Shown here: one piece after another, positions 1 through 18,854 of the stretch
Numbering within the stretch: the stretch's first letter is position 1
Layout: every line of letters begins with the position of its first letter
Assembly (NCBI RefSeq): GCF_009914755.1
Contig: NC_060938.1
DNA: 64,000 nucleotides
Direction: 5' to 3' (one strand)
Origin: the human T2T-CHM13v2.0 reference genome, Homo sapiens
Program-made: the position numbers and the translations under genes
The notes under the pieces: model-generated
Told to the model about the DNA's origin: nothing
Seen by the model: only the letters and a program-made list of their open reading frames with translations
Databases searched by the model: none

Positions 1-1262
1 ACACACTTCATATATAAAGACACATATAGATTGAAAATAAAAGGATGAAAAAAGATATTCCATTCAAATGGAAGCCAAAAAGAGCAGGAGTCACTATACT
101 TACACCAAACAAAACAGACTTCGAGACAGAAACTGTAACAAGAGACAAGGAAGGTCATTATATAATGGTAACGGGGTGAATTCAGCAAGAGGATGTAACA
201 ATCCCAACACTGGAACACCCAGATGCATAAAGTAAATATTATTAGAGCTAAAGAAAGAGGTAGACCTCAATACAATAATAGGTGGATACTTCAGCACCTT
301 GCTTTCAGCATTGGACAGGTTATCCAGACAGAAAGATCAACAAAGAACATTGGACCTAATCTGCAATATTGACCAAATGCATCTAGTAGATATTTACAGA
401 ACATTTCATCCAATGGCTGCAGAACACAGATTCTTCTACTTAACACATGAATCATTCTCAAGGATAGAGCATGTGTTAGGCCACAAAACAAGTCTTATAA
501 CATTTTTTAAAAATTGAAAATATCAATAATATAGTTTAGATATTTGTCATTGCCCAAATCTCATGTTGAATTGTAATTCCTAATGTTGGAGGTGGGGCCT
601 GATGGGAGGTGTTTGGATCATGGGGGCAGATCCCTCATGAATGGCTTGGGCCACCCCCTTGGTGATAAGTGAACTCTTATTCTAAGTTCACATGAGATCT
701 GGTTGTTTTAAAATGTATGGCACTTTCCCACCCACTCTCTCTCTCTCTTGCTTCCGCTTTTGCCATATGATGGACCTGCTCCCCCTCTGCCTTCTGCCAT
801 GATTATAAGCATCCTAAGGTCCCCACCAGAAACTGAGCAGATGCTGGTGCCATGCTTCCTGTATAGCCTGCAGAATCATGGGCTAATTAAACCTCTTTTC
901 TTATAAATTACCCAGTCTTGGGTATTTCTTTATAGCAATGCAAGAATGGCCTAATACAATCAAGTATATTTTCTGACCGCAATAGAACAAAAGTAGAAAT
1001 CAGTAACAAAAGGAACTTTGGAAACAATATGAACACATGGAAATAAAACAATATACTCCAGAATGACCAGTGAGTCAATGAAGAAATTAAGAGGGAAATT
1101 TAAAAATTACTTGAAACAAATAAAAATAGAAACACAACATACCAAAACTCATGGAATACAGTAAAAGTAGTACTAAGAGGAAAGTTTGTAGCAATAAGTG
1201 CCTCCATCAAGAAAGCAATAAAAATTCAAATAAACAACTTAACAATCATGTTAAATAACTTT
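1..1262 (+). mobile_element. Old L1 (L1MA-type) ORF2 endonuclease-region fragment, interrupted by an MST LTR at 527-958
   Basis: ORF 299-517 resembles L1 ORF2 EN (LSALDRLSRQK…DIYRTFHP…FSRIEHVLGHKTSL). L1 sequence resumes after the LTR. Confidence 0.9.
527..958 (+). mobile_element. MaLR solo LTR (MSTB-like)
   Basis: Starts taatatagtttag…cccaaatctcatgttgaattgtaa and ends ctaataca. 5-bp TSD atcaa at 522-526 and 959-963. Confidence 0.9.
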
Positions 1263-1271
1263 AAGTAAAGA

Positions 1272-1625
1272 TTCAGAGCCAAGATGGCTGACTAGACACA
1301 GCCAGAAAGAATATCTCCCACTGAGAGACCAGGACATTGGGAAGATTGACATATTCTAAACATATTTTTGGAGGGAAGGCATAGAGAGTGGACAGAGAGA
1401 GGACACAGACCCTAGACTGAAGGGGGGAGGAAGCTGGAAACCCTGCACCCAGCTGCCAAGCACTGAGATTTATTCCTGGTTCCCAACAGCTCCTGGGTGA
1501 AGGGGTGAGTTAAGCAGGTAAGAAGTGGCCCACTTATGTCACAGTCCTCCAGAATCCTAGCTACAGGAAACCCCTCACCCCTCACGGACACTTGAGCTGG
1601 CAAGCAGAGCTGCTTGAAGAGGGCA
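1272..1625 (+). mobile_element. L1 5' UTR fragment (old L1P4/L1PA17-like lineage)
   Basis: Begins gagccaagatggctgactagacacagccag, the CCAAGATGGC start typical of L1 5' ends. More GC-rich than its flanks. Subfamily is from memory. Confidence 0.7.
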
Positions 1626-6610
<4,985 letters not shown>

Positions 6611-6749
6611 ACAGCACAAGGACTATGAGATATATTCAGAAATTTGTCAGAGTGGCCCCTACCTCTCTATCCATAGGCTAGATCCACCTAAAATGAGCAC
6701 TAAAATTAGGATTGGCTGATGGTCTATGTGAGCTTGGACTGACTGGATG

Positions 6750-6825
6750 ACTAGCTGTGTAACCCGGGGCAATTTATATAACCTCTCTGGAATTCAGTTT
6801 TCTCATCTATATAAGCTAGGAATTA
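6750..6825 (+). mobile_element. MIR core fragment
   Basis: actagctgtgtaacccggggcaa…aacctctctg…cagttttctcatct matches the MIR core. Confidence 0.65.
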
Positions 6826-7072
6826 CACTGCTTGATCAGAGATGTTGCTTCCCATTCAGAAAACAATTCTGAATTGACTTTCAGCAAGAACTGGAAGAGT
6901 AACCATTGGAGGAAAGACCATGAAGTAACCAACAGGGGCAAATCTCAGTGAAAAAGTCCAACTGCTGCAAAGGTAGACAATTTCAGGACAAAAACTTCTG
7001 TGCCACATGGTAGTCCTTTGCAAAAGTTACTTGTTGAATTTCAGAAATTCAGTTCAAAAACTATTATGAGAT

Positions 7073-7618
7073 TATATTAGTCAGGGCTCTCTAAAGGGAT
7101 AGAACTAACAGGATATATGTATATATGAAGGGGAGTTTATTAGGAGAACTGACTCACATATCACAAGGTGAAGTCCCACAATAGGCCATCTGCAAGCTGA
7201 GGAGCAAGGAAGCCAGTCCGAGTCCCAGAACCTCACAAGTAGGGAAGCCAACAGTGCAGCCTTCAGTCCGTGGCCAAAGGCCTGAGATCCCCTAGCAAAC
7301 CACTGGTGTAAGTCCAAGAGTCCAAAAGCTGAAGAACTTGTAGTCTGATGTTTGAGGGCAGGAAGCATCCAGCATGGGAGAAAGATGAAGTCTGGAAGAC
7401 TCAGCAAGTCTCTCTTTCCAACTTCCCCTGCCTGCTTTATTCTAGCCACACTGGCAGCTGAATAGATGGTACCCACCCAGATTGAGGTTGGGTCTGCCTT
7501 GCCCAGTCCACTGACTGAAATGTTAATCTCCTTTGGCAACACTCTCACAGACACACCCAGGAACAATACTTTGCATCCTTCAATCCAATCAAGTTGACAC
7601 TCAATATTAACCATCACT
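7073..7618 (-). mobile_element. MLT2A (HERV-L) solo LTR
   Basis: tatattagtcagggctctc…caagttgacactcaatattaaccatcac. TSD gagat at 7068-7072 and 7619-7623. Confidence 0.92.
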
Positions 7619-7848
7619 GAGATGATGAATATCACAGTCATAGTTTTGAGTACCTGTGAATTTTATGTGTTTATCAGTTTTAAGAATTACCCCCCAAGCC
7701 CTAGGATAGTCTTCCCTTAGCCTTAGGTTACCATGATGATATAGCAGCTTGAGCCACCAGTTCTTCTCACAGCAATAACAAGATCTATCCGAGCTTTAAC
7801 TGTTTTCACACACACCACTGTTTTGGCCTTGAGGTTTACATGTGCACA

Positions 7849-8277
7849 TTATATAGTTTGGATATTTGTCCCCCCAAATCTCATGCTGAAATTTGATCCC
7901 CATTGTTGGAGGTGGGGCCTAAAGGGAAGTATTTGGGTCATGAGGGTGAATCCCTCATGAATACCCTGGAGCCATCCTCATTGTAATGAGTGAGCTCTCA
8001 CTCCATGAGTTCCTGCAAGAGTTTCCCCCTACCTTTCCAGAGAGCTGGTTGCTGAAAAGAGCCTGGCACCTCCGCCTGCTCTCTCTTGCCATGTGATCTC
8101 TGCATAGTGTGGCTCCCCTTCTCCTTCTGCAATGAGTGGATGCAGCCTGAAGCCCTCGCAACAAGTGGATGCTGGTGCCGTGCTTCTTGTACAGTCCAAA
8201 GAACCAAATAAACTTTCTTTCTTTATAAATCACCTAGCCTCAGGTATTCCATTATGCAACACAAAGAGACTAAGATA
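7849..8277 (+). mobile_element. MaLR solo LTR (MST family)
   Basis: atatagtttggatatttgtcccccc-aaatctcatg…aataaactttctttctttataaatcacc…ctaagata. Confidence 0.85.
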
Positions 8278-9109
8278 CATGAGATAGGGTCTATCAGCTC
8301 CAATCAACTAGATGGCTGAAGAGCAGCTCTAACAAGGAGAATGCTTCCCTGGATAGGTATTGTTTCTGTTTGCCCAACATCCTTTCATTACAGCATCATT
8401 TATCTCTAATGGCATGAGGTTGTGAAGTGGCTTCAATGGCAGAACGCTGCTCCCTTAACTTCAGAGTTCATTATTTTTTTTTCTTCTGGGAATTTGAATC
8501 TTTATCGCAAACATGCAGTTGCACAAGGCAGTTAAAAGAAGTCCTTCAATTGAGTGCCCTGGAAGGAAATACACAAACTTTCTCTTTGGTTTTCCAGCTC
8601 TCCCTTGACTCTATGAGCTACTTTGTGCCTAAGCTAAACAGGGTCAGTTTCACTTGCTTCCAGACAAAGAATCCTGATGCCAAAATGCAAAAGTGGTGGT
8701 CTTTCCAATCAAGTTTTGTGAAGGGAAATGTCAAGATTGTGTTGCATTCCCCAGTCATTTGCTAAGGGGGAGAAAAGAGTGACTCAGAACTAGAACAGAA
8801 ACCATCTGGCTTAACAAATTTTCCTAATGAGAAAACAATTCCAAAAAGAAGAGACTGACTGGAGATCACACAATTAGTAATTGATAGACCCAGATTCAAA
8901 ACACCTGATGCTTAAGTCTAGTGCTTTTCTCCAACTATCAACATTTTTAATGGATAATCCACAAAAATGAGTAATTATCTAGTAGTTGAATGCAGACTCT
9001 ATTTCTAATATTTTAATATATATATATATAAAACAGTGGTTGCTTTGTTTTTCAATGTTTTAACACATTCGTGCAGTTTAAAAATGTATTTTTTTAAATG
9101 CAGTGTAGA

Positions 9110-9880
9110 TCTTTCTCCCACACCTGCCCCACCTGTCCTGTCCCTTTCTATCCTAAGGTAACAACATTTATTCATTTCTTGTGTATGCTTCCAGGGTTTT
9201 ATTATGCAAGTACAAATATATATGTTTCCTTCTTTTTTTTTTTTTTCTTCCAAGTCAGGGTCTCATTCTGTTGCCCTGGCTAGAATGCAGTGGTGCAAAC
9301 ATGGCTCACAGCCGCCTCAACCTCCCAGGCTCAAGCAATCCTCCTGCCTCAGCCTTTTGAGTAGCTGGGACCACAGGTATGTGCCACCACACCTGGCTAC
9401 TCTCACTTTGGCCTTCTAAAGTGCTGGGATTACAGGCCTGAGCTACCATGCCTGACCTGTTTCCTCCTTCCTTACACCAAAAGGAGTATACCCTACATAC
9501 CTTTATGCACCTTACTTTTTTAACAAGAATTTTTATAAATTTTCCACATCATTACATGAAGAACAATCTTACTTTTACAGGTGCATTATATCCCACTATA
9601 TGGACATATATTAATTTAAGCCCTCCCGAGTTGATGGATATTTAGGTTATTTTCAGACTTTTGCTGTTCAAACAATACCCTTGTAAATAACATCAGTTCA
9701 TAGCTAAGCAGTATTTCTGTGGAACAAATTTCCAGAAGTGTATTTGCTGAGTCAAAGCAGATGTATGAATTTAAAATTTTGATAGATACTAACTAAATGC
9801 CTGCATAAGGGTTCATGTAGGTTTGTATGCTACACCCATGAATCATCAGACCTGTTTCCCCACAGTTTTGCTAACAGTAT
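9110..9880 (-). mobile_element. Ancient L1 (L1ME-like) 3' fragment, split by an Alu
   Basis: gttgatggatatttaggttattttcagacttttgctg…tccagaagtg…ttttgatagatact is typical of an antisense L1M 3' end. Confidence 0.65.
9231..9457 (-). mobile_element. AluJ with internal deletion
   Basis: Poly-T, right arm, then a jump to the distal left arm. TSD tgtttcct on both sides. Confidence 0.88.
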
Positions 9881-10082
9881 GTTAAAAAAAAAAAAACAGT
9901 AATAGTTCAGTTCAGCTATTTAAGGAAAAGTAATTCAGAAGAGTTAATTTTTTTTAAGTAGTAAAAAAAAAATTCTTTAAAGCAGCTTACCTGTAGATTT
10001 TCTACCTTGACCATATAACAAAGAGAGTGTAATAAAAAGCTATCCTCTGAAATCACTCGTTGCAGTTAAGAGATGTGCTCTC

Positions 10083-10438
<356 letters not shown>

Positions 10439-11076
10439 TTAGGTTAGCTGCAGAAAGCGTTCACCAAACAATAATCTCATTTATGTTTAAGCTGACCAAG
10501 TTGAAACTGCTCAATAAACTGGACTATTCAAATATTGGCTCTTCCACTTCCAACTGTTGACCTCAGGCAAGTCATTTAAACTCCTTTTGCCCTATCTTCA
10601 AAATGAAGATTCTTGAGATAAAACATACAAATCACATAAAACAATGTCTGAACACATAAGTGTTCAGTTCATACAGCTATTGTCATATAACTTGCATATC
10701 TCTCAGTCATCTTTAATGTGCCTGGGGATATGTGGTAATGAGATTGCCAGGGAGCATAATCTCAAATGCATTTGACGGTATGGAGGATGAAAAACGAGAA
10801 GTAGATAACGTAAGGAACAGGAGGATGTATGATCTGTCCACTGCATTCAAATTCAAATTTAAAAAAAACTATCTTGGCCAAACAAAATAATTCTGCATGC
10901 TAATTCTGCCTTGGAGATTGCAATATCAAAAATAATTTCAAGATCCCATTTAACTTTATCATTCCATGGTTACTGAAATAGTCATTTTAGCCAGTAATGT
11001 CAGCATTCAACCTGGGCTTCACCAGTTAGTCAGCTTTGACTCCCTTCTCCCTTGCTGCCTGTTTATGTGATTGTTC

Positions 11077-11381
11077 TTTTTTTTTTTTTTTTTTTTTTTT
11101 TGAGACAGAGTCTCACTCTGTCACCATGCTGGAGTGCAGCGGCACAATCTCGGCTCACTGCCAAGTTCCGCCTCCCAGGTTCACGTCATTCTCCTGCCTC
11201 AGCCTCCGGAGTAGCTGGGACTACAGGCACCCGCCACCATGCCCGGCTAATTTTTTGTATTTTTAGGAGAGATGGGGTTTCACCATGTTAGCCAGGATGG
11301 TCTTGATCTCCTGACCTTGTGATCTGCCCACCTCGACCTCCCAAAGGGCTGGGATTACAGGCGTGAGCCACTGCGCCCGGC
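11077..11381 (-). mobile_element. AluY
   Basis: Antisense full-length Alu. TSD ttatgtgat(t/c)gttctt at 11063-11078 and 11382-11397. Confidence 0.95.
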
Positions 11382-11487
11382 TTATGTGATCGTTCTTATA
11401 TTCTGTTCATGCCTCCATTCAATGAGTCCTTAGCCCTCTTTCCAACATAACTTTTGAATGTTCCATGTCTCTGTCCACTTCCACATC

Positions 11488-14300
11488 TGTATTAGTCAAA
11501 TATTGCTGCAAACCTAGAGTTTTACAACAGTAAAGCTATAATTTTCTTGCTCCCTAGTTTGGGGGTCAGCCAGGGAAGGATCTGCTTCAGTTTGTAGTTG
11601 GCTGGGCTTCGGGCTTTGAATCACAGTGCAATTTACATTACATGTCTGTCGTTCTCCCTGTACCAGCAAAAGACAGGAGCACAAGAGGGTGGACAGAAAA
11701 ATACAGTCTCTTGGGGTCTGATATCATTTGGATTTGCATCCCTGCCGAAATATCATGTCAAATTGTAATTCTCATTGTTGGAGAAGGGGACTGGTGGGAG
11801 GTAATTAAATCCTAGGGGCAGATTGCCCCCTTGCTGTTCCCATGATAGTGAGTTCTCATGAGATCTGATGGTTTAAAAGTGTGTGGCACTTCCACCTTTA
11901 CTCTTTCTCCTGCTGCCATTTGAAGAAGGCTTCTGCTTCCCCCTCACCTTTGGCCATGATTGTAAGTTTAATGAGGCCTCCCAGTCAAGCTTCCTGTTAA
12001 GCATGCAGAACTGTGAGTCAATTAAACCTGTTTTCTCCATAAACTACACAGTTTCAGGTAGTTCTTTACAGCACTGTGAGAACTGATACAGAAAATTGGT
12101 ACCAGAAGAGTGGGGCATTGCTATAAATATACTTGAAAATGTGGAAGTGACTTTGGAACTGGGTAACAAGCAGAGGGGAACACTTTTGAGGGCTCAGAAG
12201 AAGAAAGGAGAATGTGGGAAAGTTTGAAACTTCCTAGGGACCTATTGCATGGTTTTGACCAAAATGCTGACAGTGATATGGACAATGAAGTCCAGGCCGT
12301 GGTGGTCTCAGATGGAGATGAGGAACTCACTGGGAACTGGAGTAAAGGTGACCCTTGCTATGTTTTAGCAAAGAGACTGGTCACATTTTGCCCCTGCCCT
12401 AGAGATCTGTGGAACTTTGAACTTGAGAGAGATGATTTAGTATACCCAGCAGCAGAAATTTCTAAGCAGCGAAGCATTCAAGAAGTAACCTGGCTGTTTC
12501 TAAAATTGTATGCCTTGTATGCCCATATGTGTGAACAAAGAGATGATCTGAAACTGGAACTTATATTTAAAGGGAAGCAGAGCATAAAATTGCGGAAAGT
12601 TTGCAGCCCAGCCAAGAGGTAGAAAAGAATAACACATTTCCTTGGAAGAAATTCAAGCCTGCTGCAGAAATTTGCATAAACAATGAGGAGCCGAATGTTA
12701 ATACCCAAGACAATGGGGAAAATGTCTCCAGGGCATGTCAGAGATCCTCACAACAGACCTTTCCATCACAGCCCCAGGGCTTAGTAGGAAAAAAATGTTT
12801 TTGAGGGCCAGGCCTAGGGCACAGCTCTTCTGTGCAGCTTTGGGATATGGTGCCCTGGGTCCTAACCTCTCCAGCCCCAGCCATGGCTAAAAGGGGCCAA
12901 GGTACAGCTTCAGAGGGTGCAAGCCCCAAGTCTTGGCAGCTCCCACATGGTGTTGGGCCTGCAGGTGGACATAAAACAAGAGTTGATGTTTAGAAATCTC
13001 TGCCTAGATTTTGGAGGATGTATGGAAACACCTGGATGTCAAGGCAGAAGTTTGCTGCAGTGGTGGAGTCCTCATGGAGAACCCCTACTAGGGCAGTGTG
13101 GATGGGAAATGTGGGGTTGGAGCCCCCACACGGAGTCCCCACTGGGACACTGCCTAGTGGAGCTGTGAGAAGAGGGCCACAGTCCTTCAGACCCTAGAAT
13201 GGTAGGTCTGACACCGTGGACCTGGAAAAGCCACAGGCACTCAACACTAGCCCATGAAAGCAGCCAAAGGGGCTGTAGAGCCACAGGGTTGGAGCTGCCC
13301 AAGGCCTTGGGAGCTCACCTCTGGCATCAGCGTGCCCTGGATGTGAGACATAGAGTCAAAGGAGAATATTTTGGAGCTTTAAGATTTAATAACTTCCCTG
13401 ATGGGTTTTGAACTTTCATGGTGCCTATGGGTCCTTCATTTTCGCCAATTTCTCCTATTTAGAATGTAAGCATCTGCCCAAATGCCTATACCCCCATTAT
13501 ATCTTGGAAGTAACTAACTTGTTTTTGATTTTATAGTCTCATAGGTGGAAGGAACTTACCTTGTTTCAGATGAGACTTTGCATTATGGACTTTTGAATTA
13601 ATGCTGAAATGAGTTAAGACTGGGGAACTGTTGATAAAAGATAACTGTATTTTGCAATGTGAGAAGGACATAAGACTTGGGACGGGCCAGGTGTAGAATG
13701 ATATGGTTAAGATTTTTGTCCCCACCCAAAATCTCATGTCAAATTGTAATTCCAAATGTTGGAGGAGGGGCCTGGTGGAAGGTGATTGCATCATGGGGGA
13801 AGATTTTCCCACTTGCTGTTTTCATAATAGTCAGTGAGTTCTCATGAAATCTAATGGTTTAAAAGTGTGTGGCACTTCCTCCTTTGCTCGCTCTTTCTCT
13901 CTGTCCTGTTGCCATGGGAGGAAGGTGTTTGCCTCCCCTTCTGCCATGATTGTAAGTTTCCTGAGGCCTCCCTGTCATGCTTCCTGTTAAGCCTGTGGAA
14001 CTGGGAGTCAATTAAACCTCTTTTCTTCATAAATTACCCAGTCTCAGGTAGTTCTTTATATCAATGTGAGAACAAACTAATACAAGGTGTTAGCCTGAAA
14101 CTGGAACATTGTGACTTCTACCTCTATTTCACTGGTCAAATCAAATCACAGGGCCAATTCCAACATCAGTGGGGCTAGGAAACATACTCTATTTATTTTA
14201 GAGAAAGGTATTACAAAACCATATGGCAAAAGTTGCAAATATATAATTTGAATGAAAGGGGGACATGAATAATTGTGAACAATGAATGAATCAATATGCC
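11488..14300 (-). mobile_element. Old MLT1 (MLT1J-like) LTR split by the MST element (parts 11488-11718 and 14085-~14300)
   Basis: Left part starts tgtattagtca. Right part has gaaactggaacattgtgacttc…ggtcaaatcaaatcacagggccaa…, typical of MLT1. Confidence 0.6.
11719..14084 (+). mobile_element. Full-length MaLR element (MSTA-like): LTR 11719-12090, internal 12091-13698, LTR 13699-14084
   Basis: Two homologous TG…CA LTRs. The internal ORF 12212-12622 (MWESLKLPRDLL…DGDEELTGNWSKGDPCY…CPCPRDLWNFELE) is the MaLR internal ORF remnant. Confidence 0.93.
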
Positions 14301-14384
14301 ACAGCATATTCTCTTGATCACAATTGTTCCTGTACTTCCCACATCCAAAATACACTTATCCCCTCCCCAAGACATCAACCACAA

Positions 14385-14566
14385 GGATGGAGAGATGTGG
14401 AGTAGACCTAAACCCAAACATAACCCAGAGTCAACCCTAACTCTCAGGTGACCTGCAGCCCGAAATAGTCACTTGGCTAAGCCAGCCTAAATCAGCAGAT
14501 CTACAAGTGTGAAATAAGTGTTTGTTGTTATAAGACACTGAGTTTGTTACATTACCTAACTAATAA
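14385..14566 (+). mobile_element. MLT1 LTR 3' fragment
   Basis: …aataagtgtttgttgttataagacactgagtttg…ctaata is an MLT1 3'-end motif. Confidence 0.55.
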
Positions 14567-15012
14567 AATGCATTTTCTCATATTTGTTTCTATATTCTTG
14601 ACATGACTTTATCACTTCCTTAATTTTCTCAAATCCTTCCTATGTCTCAGATTGATCCAAATCTTCTTTCAGTGCCTGTTTCTTCATCTCATCTTCATTA
14701 ATATACATAGAGGCTATGTCACTCATTTTGTGCTTTCAACATTGATCCTCTATATGTTTTTTTTGAAAACTTACTATTCAATCATCTTTTAACAAAGACT
14801 TTTGAACACCTACTGCGTGCCAGAAGCAATAACAAGAACTTTAAAAACAATAATGAAAAGATAATCCATCCTCAAGGATTCTAGAGTTTAATAGGTATAA
14901 ACAAGGAACAATTAAGAAGCGACATAAATGCTCTAATTTCCAAATTATTACTCTTAGCTCCTTAATTAAATTTGAAGCTAGGGTAAAGAGTTACAGGCAA
15001 AGATTATTTTAT

Positions 15013-15345
15013 TCTTTTTTAAAAATTTATTTTTTAATTTATGCATTATAGATGCATATAATTTCAGAGGACATGTGATAATTTAATACATTCATATAAT
15101 CTGTAAAAATCAAATTAATGTACCTGTGTTATCTATCACATTAAATATTTGTCTTTCTTTATGCTAAAAACATTTGAATTATTCTCTTCTAGCTATTTTT
15201 AAATGTACAATAGATTATTGAAAACTATGGTCACCCTACTGATCTATCTAACATTTAGGTCTTATTTCTTCTATCAAACTGTGTATTTGTATCCATTAAT
15301 AAACTTCTCTTCATACACTCCTCCCCACTACCCTTCCCAGTCTCC
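15013..15345 (-). mobile_element. L1MA4/5-like 3' end fragment
   Basis: T-rich tail, then ttctcttctagctatttt…tacaatagattattg…ggtcaccctactg…ctacccttcccag. Confidence 0.82.
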
Positions 15346-15489
15346 CATTCTTTCTTGATCCTTTCATAGTACCAAGCACAATGACTTGTCTAGAGTAAGT
15401 GTTTAATAAAGAGTTGACTTGTTTTGTTGTTAAATGGCATCACAACCCAATGCATGGCCTTTGTGCTATGCCTAGCAACTATTTAGTCT

Positions 15490-16270
15490 ATTGTTCCCAA
15501 TAAACATTTGCATAGTGTGCCAAGCATTGTGCAAGGCCAAGGTGTTCCTGGTTGTCAGGCAGAGCATAGTCTGGGTAAGACAGGCGTGTAATTATGATAG
15601 CACTTACTGCACTATATTAAGATTCACGAGAGTACACTATGGGAACAAAGAAGGGTGGCCAACTTCATTTGGGGAAGCAACTTTACAACTTCATAATTAT
15701 AATTGCAGCTTTAAAACACATAGATATTTTCCAGGCAGAAAAAAGTGGGAAAGACTACTCTAGGTCACAAGAACATCATGTACAAAAGTACAGAGTCATG
15801 AAAAAGCCTATGGGTTTGAAGATTAGCAAAGCATTAAGTATGGATAGAATTTAGGTTGGTTAGGAGTTGGGTGATAAGAAATGAAGCTGCAGCTGAATTG
15901 AGAGGATCCTTGTATGAAGCCTAGAGGAGCCGATGAACTGAGATATTATTCTGAGGAGATCAAGAAACGAGTGGGAGCTTTTAAGCCTGGGCGAATTGTA
16001 ATTGGATATTTTATTTGAGGGTGGCCATCTCATGACAGTGAGGAGATTAGAATAAGGAAAAATAATTTGATTATAGAAAGACCACTTAGGAAACAGTTGA
16101 AATGATTCAAGTCCAAAATGATAAAGTCCTGGCTATGATGGGCCTGGCTATGATGGGCCTGGCTATGATGAGGGCTGGACTGGAAAGACATTTTTGCAAT
16201 AGAGTTCACAGGACCTGCTAAGTCAGTGGATGGAAAATGTAGAGGGGATGAAGATAAAGCAAGTCTGTGC
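15490..16270 (-). mobile_element. Degraded L2 fragments
   Basis: caataaacatttg…tgtgccaagcattgtgc and downstream purine-rich blocks resemble antisense L2. Confidence 0.55.
16128..16172. repeat. 15-bp tandem repeat (cctggctatgatggg) x~3
   Basis: Directly visible in the sequence. Confidence 0.9.
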
Positions 16271-16339
16271 TTTGCCTAAGTTGGGAGCCCAATGGGAGTG
16301 GTGACCTAAAATAGGAGAAAAGGCAGGTTCCATCTGCAA

Positions 16340-16790
16340 AGGACAGGGCTCTGAACTTGAGCCTTGCCTGTTCCACCCATTGCTCTGCAATCCTGAGTGA
16401 GATATTTCACCTTTCTGAAACACAGTTACACCATCCATAAAATGGAAAAATACTATCTACTTCATGGGATTGTTTTGAGGTTAAACAGAAGTAAAAGATA
16501 AAAATGTCTAGCTTACTGCCTGGTCCATAGAAGCTGTTTGATAAATATATTTTGAATAAAGCAAACAGAGAAATAGAATGAATAGCAGAGACTGCGGTTT
16601 AAATCTAGCTGGTTATATAATGTTGAGTGTGTTACCTAAACTCCTTGACATTCTGTTTCTTCATTTGTAAAATAGTGAAAACTTGAGCTGCCTCATTGGG
16701 TTGTTGGGAAGATTAAACCTGAACCCATATGCAGAGCCTGATGTACACTGACAGATCGTAGCCACTCAATCAATTTGTGTTGAATAGAAG
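16340..16790 (+). mobile_element. Two adjacent MIR fragments
   Basis: Core motifs catccataaaatgg…ttcatgggattgttttgaggttaaa and tttcttcatttgtaaaatag…ctcattgggttgttgggaagattaaa. Confidence 0.7.
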
Positions 16791-17309
16791 TATGAATTAA
16801 TTCATATGAGCTTAGTAATCTTGTTTAAAGAAGCAGAAAAATATACACCCCCTTTAGTAAATATTACATACACATGCATACACCTACTCATAAAAGAGGA
16901 TGTTAAATCTCTTTAAGTGGTAAGTTTCCATTATTTGTAAAGTCAAGTTACTTAGAAAAGGTTATTCTTCAATAATGTAAAAAAAAAAAAAAATGGCATG
17001 CTTCGCTAATCTAATTGTATTGCAAGAAAAACAAAGTCAAGTACACAACGAAATCTTCCTGCAGAGTATAGGTGATCTGCATAACTTTTACCACAAAGAA
17101 GTGGTACACAGACTGAAAAAACTTGAGAACCATGATTTTTAAAGAACCCAAGTGCTACCAGCATTGATTGTCTGATTGTGTCTTTAATTTGTTGCTGATA
17201 CTATTCCTGCTTGAATAAATGCATTTTATTTTGTATAATGTGGCTACTGTAGATACTGCTAGCTGCACCACACTCCTGTCTATTCTACTCTCTTTTAGTA
17301 ATTGAGTCA

Positions 17310-17690
17310 ATTTGTATCCACTCTCCATCATTTCCCCCACCTCCCCACTTTTAGGAACATGGCCTCCCAGCTACAGACTACATTTACCAGCATCCCTTGA
17401 AGCTAAGTATGTTCATGTGATGAGATTCTGGGCAACGGAGGAGGAGTGGAATTTATATGTCACTTCCTTGAAGACACCTGCCATGAACTCTTTCTCCAGC
17501 AGCGCTGAGGAGTGCGACATTCAGGAAATGGCAATGCGGCAGTAAGGAAGGAATCTGTGCCCTTTAATGACCTAGAGGAGTAGATCCACTTCGCCACCTG
17601 GACCGGCCAGACTAATGTGAGAAATACACTTCTATCTATGTAAGCCAGTACATTTGGGGGTTTCTTTGTAATAGCATCTCAACCTCTATC
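17310..17690 (+). mobile_element. ERVL LTR (LTR33/LTR16-like)
   Basis: cccagctacagactacatttaccagcatcccttgaagctaag…catgtgatgagattctgggcaa matches the recalled LTR33 motif. Confidence 0.7.
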
Positions 17691-18854
17691 CATGGAATGC
17701 AAGGTTTTGTCTTATTTTTCAAGAAAAACAAGTTGTTTCAATGGTAAACTTTGCCTTTAGGACTTCTAGGACAGATGGATTTTTAAATGACACAGTCTGA
17801 TGTGTCAGGCTAAACTTCCCAAATACCCATTATCATACCAAGGTTATTACCAAGGACCTTTCTATCATCTTTTATTTGATAATGGTATTTTGATTTTGAA
17901 TGGCAAGTTCTTATGTGCCAACTGGGTTGATTTTCATTATGATTGTTTTTTGTAATGAAGTAGCAGTTTTTCAATTTCTTTTACTAACCTTGCCAGTGAA
18001 TGCTTGTCAAATAATACAAAGACTGTTCAAGTTGCCTTATCTCTGTTATTGGACTTCACCATAAATTAGATTTTAAAAAATGGAGGGTCTCAGAAGAGAA
18101 TGTCTAAATAAATAAGAAATGGTTCATCAATTTTTAACTTTGAAATAACAGTATCCATTTTGTATACCATAATTACCAAATTCCATCTGAAAATTTGTTT
18201 TGACTAACAGGCAGAACTGGAAATAGAATTTTATTATATTGTTTTGCCACTCTTGGCAATTGGGAAAAAATAGGATTCAAGATTCTAGTTCCACATACCT
18301 TTTGTAATAGGGTACCCTGCATCAGAACTTTTATTGTTGGTGTAATGAGGAGCTATGAGATTGTTTAGATGTCAAAAATAAAGTCAATAAAAAGACATGT
18401 AACATAAAAGAATGAGAACACCAGACGATGGTGGAATATAACATAATATAGACAGAACATTTCAAAGTTATCATACATGACCACTTACACAACTTATCTA
18501 ACCATAGATAGAACTGTCCTGGATCAACTGGCCTGGAAAATAACTACACTGCTAATATTTCAGTCACTACAATTCTCAAATTCAGAGAAGCCAAATCAGT
18601 TTCTTCCCCTGGCTTTCCCAGTAACCACTGACAGCTGTTGTGGTGGAAAGAACTCCTGGCTATGACTCAGGAAACTTTATTGCTAGTCCTGGCTTTACCA
18701 TTTACTAAGCATGAATTTAGACAGGTCAAGTAACCTCTGTGCAGAGTGATTATGAACCTCAGAATAAGATAATCTATGGGAAGTATTTCGGAAAATAAGA
18801 ATAAGATAATACATGGGAAGTATTCAGGAACTAAAAAGTTTTATGCAAATATAC

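Noticed and set aside
7105-7641. 178-aa minus-strand ORF
   Set aside because: Lies almost entirely within the MLT2A LTR, which is non-coding.
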